This document shows positions 56,392 through 62,946 of a stretch of 64,000 bases of DNA, piece by piece. The stretch comes from a virus (Duplodnaviria; Caudoviricetes): IMG/VR virus record IMGVR_UViG_3300028374_000002, positions 137,265-201,264 of that record; one strand, 5' to 3'. Position 1 is the stretch's first letter. Every line of letters begins with the position of its first letter. The notes below the pieces were generated by a model. It was given only the letters and a program-made list of their open reading frames with translations, did no database searches and was not told the origin of the DNA. The translations under genes were made by a program, and so were the position numbers.

Positions 56392-58050
56392 ATGGAAAAA
56401 GAAAGATTATACTTTATAGAGAATGTATTAAAAAATTCACCTAATAGGATTAAAGAATCTTATGTAAGCAAACATTATCCAATAGTATTTGAGCAAATAA
56501 TAGATATAACTAGGGATAAGGATTTCTCATTTAAACAAAGAATTTGGCATTGGGTTTATAATAACACTAATTTCATAAAATGCTACTGTGGTAATAAGGT
56601 ATCATTTGGACAATCTTGGAAAGGTGGATATAAAGAATATTGTTCTAACAAATGTTCTTCCAACTCACCAAGTGTTAAAGAAAAGGCAAAAAATACAATT
56701 GAAGAAAAGTATGGAGTTTCCCACTACTCTAAAACTGATGAGTTTAAAGAAAAATATAAAAAAACTAGTTTGGATAAATATGGTGTTGACAACTATTCCA
56801 AAACCAAAGACTATGTAAATAAGTCTAAAGAAACATATCTTAAAAAGTATGGTGTTGATTCATTTACAAAGACTGAAAAATATAATATAATATCTAGAAA
56901 CACATCATTTAAAAAGTATGGAGTTTCCCACTACTCTAAAACGGATGAGTTCAAAGAAAAGTTTTCTAAAACAATGATGGGTAAATACAATTCTGGTTCT
57001 TGCTTTGGTGGAGAGAATTATAGAGGAGAGAACTTTGAAATGTGTAAAAACAATTTATATGTAAAGTATCTAGGTAATGGTATAAGTAAATTTAAGTGTG
57101 ATGATGATAAATTACACACCTTTGATATAAGCACTGATAATTACTTTGGTAGGCTTTATAATTCTAATAAGTTATGCACTGTATGTAGTCCTATTTCTGA
57201 CTTAGATTCCATTAAGGAAAAAGAACTATATGAATATGTCAAAAGCATATCATCACATAATGTTGTTAAGAATTATAGGGATAAATACGAAATAGATGTT
57301 TACATACCAGAACTTAGCATAGGCTTTGAATTTAACGGTCTTTATTACCACTCTAACAAGTTTAAAAAGAATAACTATCATATTGTAAAGAAGAACTATT
57401 TTAAGGACAGAGGGATAAGGATTATACATATATGGGAAGATGATTGGGTAGATAGAAAGGAAATAATAAAATCTCAAATACTATATAATCTTAACAAAAT
57501 AGAAAATAGAGTATATGCTAGAAAATGCATTGTTAAGGAAATATGTACTAAAGCTTCATCTATATTTCTAAACGAAAACCATATACAAGGTACATGTAAT
57601 AGTGTATATAAAATAGGTTTGTTTTATAATGACGAATTGGTTTCTATTATGACGTTCGATAAATTTGAGGGGAGAAAGAAAATGGAAGAAGGTGGTTGGA
57701 ATTTAAACAGATACTGTTCTAAAACATACCATAATATAGTTGGTGCACCTTCTAAATTACTAAAACATTTCATAAATGAGAAGAGTCCAATTAGAATTAT
57801 AAGCTATGCAGATTACTATTGGAGTGATGGTAATTTATACGAACAGCTTGGCTTTAAAGAAAAGTATATTACAAAGCCAGATTATAAATATATTGTAAAT
57901 GGTAAGAGGGTTCATAAGTCCAACTATAAGAATAGTAATATTAAAACATCTATGACAGAGAGTGAATACACAAAATCTAATAATATTTACAAAGTTTATG
58001 ATTGTGGTAAAATAAAATATGAATTATTAAAACAAAAAAAAGCCAAATAA
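56392..58050 (+). CDS. Putative homing endonuclease, KYGV family
   Basis: YKEYCSNKC, KYGVSHYSKTDEFKE repeats, EIDVYIPELSIGFEFNGLYYHS, GNAT-like tail. Confidence 0.75.
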   Translation: MEKERLYFIENVLKNSPNRIKESYVSKHYPIVFEQIIDITRDKDFSFKQRIWHWVYNNTNFIKCYCGNKVSFGQSWKGGYKEYCSNKCSSNSPSVKEKAKNTIEEKYGVSHYSKTDEFKEKYKKTSLDKYGVDNYSKTKDYVNKSKETYLKKYGVDSFTKTEKYNIISRNTSFKKYGVSHYSKTDEFKEKFSKTMMGKYNSGSCFGGENYRGENFEMCKNNLYVKYLGNGISKFKCDDDKLHTFDISTDNYFGRLYNSNKLCTVCSPISDLDSIKEKELYEYVKSISSHNVVKNYRDKYEIDVYIPELSIGFEFNGLYYHSNKFKKNNYHIVKKNYFKDRGIRIIHIWEDDWVDRKEIIKSQILYNLNKIENRVYARKCIVKEICTKASSIFLNENHIQGTCNSVYKIGLFYNDELVSIMTFDKFEGRKKMEEGGWNLNRYCSKTYHNIVGAPSKLLKHFINEKSPIRIISYADYYWSDGNLYEQLGFKEKYITKPDYKYIVNGKRVHKSNYKNSNIKTSMTESEYTKSNNIYKVYDCGKIKYELLKQKKAK

Positions 58051-58069
58051 ATCATTATTTGGCTTTTTT
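58035..58069. terminator. Bidirectional terminator between endonuclease and tail tube genes
   Basis: aaaaaagccaaataa-atca-ttatttggctttttt. Confidence 0.75.
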
Positions 58070-58084
58070 ATAAATTATTATTTA

Positions 58085-58714
58085 TTAGTAACCCGATACT
58101 AATGGTGGGTTAATAGTAAAGTTTTGGTCTATGTATTCATCAATAAAGTAATCCCATACAAAATTTGCAGTGACTTCTTTGATGATATCATTAGAACTCC
58201 AATCTAAGTCATATCCGTCTAACTTTTTCATTTGAACGTTTTGGAAGGTAACTCGTCTTAATACAACACCTTTTTTATCATGTTGGTTAACTATTATAGT
58301 CCCAATTAAGTCACTCTTATAGTGAAGTGAGCCATTTTGTGAATTAAATACTAAATCATACCATGCTTTCATTGTGTTCCATGTCTCCATAGCACCTTCT
58401 TGATTAACATTTACCTGAAAAGGTATATTTACCTCACCAGATGTTTTAGTAGGTGTGGTTAGAAACTCTCTTGTAGAGTACTTGTAACGTTGCGTTACGC
58501 TCTGAATATCAAAGGCAGTTAGGTTGGCTGCATTTAAATCTATTTTAGTGGCATTTTCTAGCAAAAGAATAGGATCTCTACCTTGTGCTTGTAAGATAAC
58601 TGGTAAAATAAAGGTTACTTCAAATAGGTTTAGATATACAACCTCATCTGGGAGTGTCCCTGGTCCACCTGGACTTCCTACGTTTGATATTTGTGTAAAA
58701 TGTGGTAATGGCAT
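58085..58714 (-). CDS. gp19: Tail tube protein (gp19-like)
   Basis: NLFEVTFILP, WYDLVFNSQNG, GTIIVNQHDKKG, VTFQN, NFVWDYF. Confidence 0.78.
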   Translation of the reverse strand: MPLPHFTQISNVGSPGGPGTLPDEVVYLNLFEVTFILPVILQAQGRDPILLLENATKIDLNAANLTAFDIQSVTQRYKYSTREFLTTPTKTSGEVNIPFQVNVNQEGAMETWNTMKAWYDLVFNSQNGSLHYKSDLIGTIIVNQHDKKGVVLRRVTFQNVQMKKLDGYDLDWSSNDIIKEVTANFVWDYFIDEYIDQNFTINPPLVSGY

Positions 58715-58831
58715 AATTTTTAGTTATTTTTTATATTTTATATATTAATGTATTTTATCTCTCTAGTATATATATTAAATCAAAAAAACAACTTTTGCAT
58801 TAAATATGGTATAATTATATAAATAAGCAAT

Positions 58832-59971
58832 ATGGGCAAGATATTTTTGATAGGAGATACACACATTGGTTTGGGTTATCCCAATAAGACTGACAAGTGG
58901 TTGAAAGTTCATAAGGAGTACTTCGATGACTTCTTAATACCTACTCTAAGGAGGGAGGTAAAAGAAGGTGATATAATTATCCATCTAGGTGATTTTTTTG
59001 ATAATAGAAATGTTGTACCCATTAATCTATTAAATTTTGGAATGGATCAAGTTGAAAAGATAGCACAAATAGCACCATTTCATATACTTGTTGGTAACCA
59101 TGATTGTTGGTCTAGAAGTAGTGATGAGATAAACACTATAAGACCTTTTAAGTACATACCAGGCGTTAGTATTTACGATAAGGTATCAACACTAGAGTAT
59201 AATGGTTATAAGTTCCTTATGATGCCTTATTTCGAGAAAAAGAGTGAACAGATAAGACATTTAAATGAGAATAAGGATTGTGATTATGTTCTTTGTCATT
59301 CTGATTTAAACGGTGCTAAAATGCATTTAACATCAGTTGGTCATAAAAACAATGATATGATTGGTGTTGATGAATTTAAAGGATTTAAAGGTGTTTATTC
59401 TGGTCATATACATTTAGTTCAAAGGAATAAGAACTTCACATTTATAGGCTCTAACTTTCAGATGGACAGAAATGACTATGGTGACCAAAAAGGTATGTTT
59501 GTTATTGATACAGAAAATGATAAAGAAGAATTTATAGAAAACAATGTCTCGCCAGTATTTAAAAGAGTTAAAGTAACACAAGAGAGCGATTTAGATACTT
59601 TAGAAGAATTAAAGGATACTAAAGACTATATAGACTTATTCATATCTAATAATTTATTGATTAATGATAGGAAACTTAGAAGAAAATTAGAAATACTACT
59701 AGAAAGTGGTAAGTTTGCCTCTGTGGACTATATAGACGATATAACAAATGATTTAGAGGATGGTGATGAAGTAGATTCAGTAAATGAAGAATTTGATGAA
59801 GATAACTTAGATATATCTATTCAACTAGATTATGAAGATTATGTAAAGGAGTATATTCTAAAGCAAAAATATGATAATAATAAATTTAAGGATGGGATAT
59901 TAGAGCATTATTCTAACATAATAGGAATATATAAAGATAACTTTAAGCTTAACAAAAACGATAATGACTGA
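58832..59971 (+). CDS. gp47: Recombination endonuclease subunit (gp47 / SbcD / Mre11)
   Basis: IGDTHIG, HLGDFFDNR, VGNHD, LCHSDL, YSGHIH metallophosphoesterase motifs. Confidence 0.88.
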   Translation: MGKIFLIGDTHIGLGYPNKTDKWLKVHKEYFDDFLIPTLRREVKEGDIIIHLGDFFDNRNVVPINLLNFGMDQVEKIAQIAPFHILVGNHDCWSRSSDEINTIRPFKYIPGVSIYDKVSTLEYNGYKFLMMPYFEKKSEQIRHLNENKDCDYVLCHSDLNGAKMHLTSVGHKNNDMIGVDEFKGFKGVYSGHIHLVQRNKNFTFIGSNFQMDRNDYGDQKGMFVIDTENDKEEFIENNVSPVFKRVKVTQESDLDTLEELKDTKDYIDLFISNNLLINDRKLRRKLEILLESGKFASVDYIDDITNDLEDGDEVDSVNEEFDEDNLDISIQLDYEDYVKEYILKQKYDNNKFKDGILEHYSNIIGIYKDNFKLNKNDND

Positions 59972-60179
59972 GACCATTGATGCGTATGAGGTTTATGAAA
60001 GAATTTTCACAAACAGACCTTATGGTAAAAACTTAAAAATATACTCAAAAGATATAATAAAGATTGTGATAGAATTACTATCAGACTATGAAGAATATGA
60101 GATGTGTATTGAACTAGATAAATACCTAGAATCTAGGTTTGATCATAATAAGGGTTATAAAGACTTTAAAATGTTTTAG
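59964..60179 (+). CDS. Small hypothetical protein (UVR-like helical hairpin)
   Basis: IELLSDYEEYEMCIELDK. Confidence 0.55.
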   Translation: MTETIDAYEVYERIFTNRPYGKNLKIYSKDIIKIVIELLSDYEEYEMCIELDKYLESRFDHNKGYKDFKMF

Positions 60180-60185
60180 GATATC

Positions 60186-60878
60186 TTATTTATTCTTAAG
60201 TTTTCTATCTAGAATTTTAGAAATATTAGATCCAATAGTCATATGTATATTTTTTATATCATCTGATTCAACCTCTTCGATTTCACCCATAAACTTATAA
60301 AAAAATCTATAATATACGCTAGAGTCCAAATCCTCTGGTATCTCTTTTTTAATTGATAAGTCTATCTTATAGCTATTGTTTATGTTTATTTCGAAATCAA
60401 AAGTAGTTTTAGAACATGGTGTTGTTTTAAATTTAGGCTGGTACTTAACCTCAAATACTGAATAGTCTGTTATCTTATTTTTCCTCATATAAAAATTTAA
60501 AAACATTGCAGGTGCTTCTATAAAGTCTGATAGTGTTTGTAAATCATCACCAAAATCATTTGACTCTATTATATCCTCCATTCTTTTCTTTAAATCTATA
60601 ATTGAATCAAAATCTACCTTATGGTAAACGCAATTTATATCATATAAATATACAAATGAATTATCTTCTAACACAGTTTTGTCTAAATCTACTTTAAATA
60701 TAAATTTAGTGTGTATTATAGATACATCCTCAGCCTTTAACCCATGTATTGAAATAACTAGTTTTAAAAACTTTTTATCAATAGTTGATTCATATAGTGT
60801 CTCTACAGAATTAACCATTCCGCTATTTTCATCAAATATATCGCTAATTACATTTTCTATTTCAGATATCTTTATCAT
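60186..60878 (-). CDS. Hypothetical protein
   Basis: 230-aa ORF coupled to the upstream nucleotidyltransferase. Confidence 0.65.
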   Translation of the reverse strand: MIKISEIENVISDIFDENSGMVNSVETLYESTIDKKFLKLVISIHGLKAEDVSIIHTKFIFKVDLDKTVLEDNSFVYLYDINCVYHKVDFDSIIDLKKRMEDIIESNDFGDDLQTLSDFIEAPAMFLNFYMRKNKITDYSVFEVKYQPKFKTTPCSKTTFDFEININNSYKIDLSIKKEIPEDLDSSVYYRFFYKFMGEIEEVESDDIKNIHMTIGSNISKILDRKLKNK

Positions 60879-60880
60879 TA

Positions 60881-61624
60881 TTAAAATTGTTTTTCATAAG
60901 ATTCTTTTCTTAAATCAAGAACTTTCTCTATATATTTATTTCTTCTAAGTAATTTGAATACTAAATTACCTGTAGAATACTCACCACTTTCACTTTCTAG
61001 GCCAGACTTTCTATACTTTTTTATTTTATCCCAGACTTTCTTAACACGCTTTTTATATTCATCATAATCATATTTATCTATTTCGTCTTCTAAGTCATCA
61101 ACTAGCATCATAATACCCTTAGCCTTTTCTTTAATATCCATATCGTCTGGTATAAAGTCAACCTTAACAGGCTCTATATTCCATTTATTATTAAGTACTG
61201 AATACACACCAGAAGACCTATGTGGTTCTTTAATATCTTGTATATAGACTTCAACTTCAAAACCATTGACATATAAATCATATGATTTATTCCATAGGTT
61301 TTTAGCAGAATCCGTAAACTTTTTAACTAGTTTAGTATCAGAGTTAACCTTTTCAAAATCTATTATTATGTGTAAATCAAAGTCTGAATATTTCTCAGAC
61401 CAATTAAAGTTAGCCAGTGATCCAGTTAAGGTAATATCATCTATTTCAACATTTAGGCTAGTTGTATTATAAAAGTCTTGTGATATAGTTAATAACTTTT
61501 CACGCACCTCTTCTTTCATACTTTTATCTTCCCAAACTTTAGTGTTTAATTCATCTTTTATGTGAAAAGATTTAACTGCATCGAAATCCTTTTCCACAAA
61601 TTCTAAAAACTTAGTTACTTTCAT
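60881..61624 (-). CDS. Pol-beta superfamily nucleotidyltransferase
   Basis: ITLTGSLANFNWSEKYSDFDLHII (GS...DxD) and VEVYIQD third acidic residue; leader MKVTKFLEFVE. Confidence 0.8.
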   Translation of the reverse strand: MKVTKFLEFVEKDFDAVKSFHIKDELNTKVWEDKSMKEEVREKLLTISQDFYNTTSLNVEIDDITLTGSLANFNWSEKYSDFDLHIIIDFEKVNSDTKLVKKFTDSAKNLWNKSYDLYVNGFEVEVYIQDIKEPHRSSGVYSVLNNKWNIEPVKVDFIPDDMDIKEKAKGIMMLVDDLEDEIDKYDYDEYKKRVKKVWDKIKKYRKSGLESESGEYSTGNLVFKLLRRNKYIEKVLDLRKESYEKQF

Positions 61625-61703
61625 AATTATATATATTAAAATATTAAGACCACATTTCTAAACTTATTGTTTTAAATTAATATAATACTAAATAACAAAA
61701 GAT

Positions 61704-61913
61704 ATGAAACTTAGAGATAATGGAATTATAACAAAGGCAGACTATATTGGCAAGACTTTGGGCGAAGCTTCTAAACATGCAGAAAATGGTGGCTACGTCA
61801 CAAGGGTGGTTAGTAACAATGGTAATTCTCCTATGTTAGATATGGATGCTAATCAGAATAGAATTAATTTTATTATTAGTAACGATAGAGTTACTGATGT
61901 ATATGGTGGATAA
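61704..61913 (+). CDS. Small protein resembling peptidase inhibitor family I78
   Basis: YIGKT..EA...RVV.......MD....RINF.I.N..VTDVYGG. Confidence 0.5.
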   Translation: MKLRDNGIITKADYIGKTLGEASKHAENGGYVTRVVSNNGNSPMLDMDANQNRINFIISNDRVTDVYGG

Positions 61914-61935
61914 TTAAAAATAATTATAATAAAAC

Positions 61936-61966
61936 TTGTGAGAACCATTTAATAGTTTTATATTTG
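61936..61966 (+). promoter_or_regulatory. Bacteroidota-type sigma-A promoter upstream of tRNA cassette 1
   Basis: TTG at 61936-61938, 20-nt spacer, TATATTTG at 61959-61966. Confidence 0.65.
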
Positions 61967-62036
61967 CATAGTAAAATAAATATAAGATTTTTAAAGAAAA
62001 GTATAAAGAGAGAAAATAATTTTAATATATAGAATA

Positions 62037-62135
62037 ATGAGAACAATTAACACATTTAAGCATTTTAGTAAAAAGTCGTTTTGGTTTAGTCCAAGATCGG
62101 TAAAGAATGTTATTTGTTCTAATTTTATGATTTGA
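62037..62135 (+). CDS. Putative attenuator leader peptide 1 (MRTINTFKHFSKKSFWFSPRSVKNVICSNFMI)
   Basis: 32-codon ORF after TTAATATATA (62022-62031); Phe/Lys/His/Trp codon cluster; followed by a terminator and tRNA-Lys/Phe/His/Trp. Confidence 0.7.
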   Translation: MRTINTFKHFSKKSFWFSPRSVKNVICSNFMI

Positions 62136-62160
62136 TATAAAAATAGTAAAAAATATATTT

Positions 62161-62193
62161 AAAGCCGAGCTTCGAAAGAAATTCGGCTTTTTT
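62161..62193 (+). terminator. Intrinsic terminator / attenuator ahead of tRNA-Lys
   Basis: AAAGCCGAGCTTC-GAAA-GAAATTCGGCTTT-TTT; 13-bp stem with one mismatch, GNRA loop. Confidence 0.85.
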
Positions 62194-62202
62194 GTTTTAT
62201 AT

Positions 62203-62276
62203 AATTCTGTAGCTCAGCTGGTTAGAGCATCTCCCTTTTAAGGAGAGGGTCGTGGGTTCGAAACCCACCAGGATTA
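62203..62276 (+). tRNA. trnK: tRNA-Lys(UUU)
   Basis: Cloverleaf; anticodon arm TCTCC-CT TTT AA-GGAGA; T-arm GTGGG-TTCGAAA-CCCAC; no encoded CCA. Confidence 0.92.
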
Positions 62277-62281
62277 CACAT

Positions 62282-62354
62282 GGAGTAGTAGCTCAGTAGG
62301 TAGAGCACTTGGTTGAAGACCAAGGTGTCGTGGGTTCGAACCCCACCTTCTCCA
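62282..62354 (+). tRNA. trnF: tRNA-Phe(GAA)
   Basis: CTTGG-TT GAA GA-CCAAG; GTGGG-TTCGAAC-CCCAC. Confidence 0.92.
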
Positions 62355-62365
62355 CAAGATTAAAT

Positions 62366-62439
62366 GGTGTGTGTAGCTCAGTAGGTAGAGCGTTGGCTTG
62401 TGGTGTCAAAGGTCGGGGGTTCGAAACCCCTCATACACC
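62366..62439 (+). tRNA. trnH: tRNA-His(GUG)
   Basis: TTGGC-TT GTG GT-GTCAA; encoded G-1 pairing with C73. Confidence 0.92.
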
Positions 62440-62448
62440 CTAAATAAT

Positions 62449-62520
62449 ACGGACGTAGTTCAAAGGCTAGAATAACGATCTCCAAAATCGTAGATGAGAT
62501 TTCGAAATTCTCCGTCCGTG
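62449..62520 (+). tRNA. trnW: tRNA-Trp(CCA)
   Basis: ACGAT-CT CCA AA-ATCGT; acceptor ACGGACG/CGTCCGT. Confidence 0.88.
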
Positions 62521-62551
62521 CTAGAGTTTAATAAAAATAATATATAGTATA

Positions 62552-62623
62552 ATGAAACTTATAAACACATCGAGTAGTTCAAGTCGCTTAATAATTTCGA
62601 AAGAGATTCGATTGTGTGTGTAA
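62552..62623 (+). CDS. Putative attenuator leader peptide 2 (MKLINTSSSSSRLIISKEIRLCV)
   Basis: 23-codon ORF after ATAATATATA (62537-62546); TCG AGT AGT TCA AGT CGC run; followed by a terminator and tRNA-Arg/Ser/Ser. Confidence 0.78.
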   Translation: MKLINTSSSSSRLIISKEIRLCV

Positions 62624-62644
62624 TTATTTTTTAAAAATATTATT

Positions 62645-62675
62645 AGCCTTTCGAATTTATTTGAAAGGCTTTTTT
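62645..62675 (+). terminator. Intrinsic terminator / attenuator abutting tRNA-Arg
   Basis: AGCCTTTCGAA-TTTA-TTTGAAAGGCT-TTTTT. Confidence 0.85.
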
Positions 62676-62747
62676 AGTTCTATATTTCAACGGATAGAAT
62701 ACTCGGCTACGGACCGAGAGATAGGGGTTCGAATCCTCTTAGAACTA
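62676..62747 (+). tRNA. trnR: tRNA-Arg(ACG)
   Basis: CTCGG-CT ACG GA-CCGAG; acceptor AGTTCTA/TAGAACT. Confidence 0.9.
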
Positions 62748-62755
62748 CTAATTAT

Positions 62756-62845
62756 GGAAGATTTATCCGAAAGATTCTGGGTAGCGGAGACGGTCTTGAA
62801 AACCGTTTGCTTTAGGGCGTGTGGGTTCGAATCCCACATCTTCCG
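62756..62845 (+). tRNA. trnS: tRNA-Ser(UGA)
   Basis: ACGGT-CT TGA AA-ACCGT; long variable arm; G73; enlarged D-loop. Confidence 0.88.
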
Positions 62846-62857
62846 CATAATTTTAAT

Positions 62858-62946
62858 GGAAGCGTACTCAATGTTGGCAAAGAGGCTGGTTTGCTAAACC
62901 AGTAGGTCTGTAAAAGGGCGAGTGGGATCGACACCCACCGTTTCCG
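62858..62946 (+). tRNA. trnS: tRNA-Ser(GCU)
   Basis: CTGGT-TT GCT AA-ACCAG; long variable arm; G73; atypical T-loop ATCGACA. Confidence 0.86.

Noticed and set aside
62566-62620. Degenerate tRNA between tRNA-Trp and tRNA-Arg
   Set aside because: Contains TAGTTCAA and TTCGA fragments but no complete cloverleaf; better explained as leader ORF 2 with its antiterminator, though an origin from tRNA-like sequence cannot be excluded.
1658-62897. Short opposite-strand or nested ORFs in the track (e.g. 6534-7049, 7839-8543, 26904-27302, 48715-49056, 62616-62897)
   Set aside because: Shadows of real genes or tRNAs, with F/L/I/S-rich composition typical of the antisense strand of K/E/N-rich genes and no promoter support.
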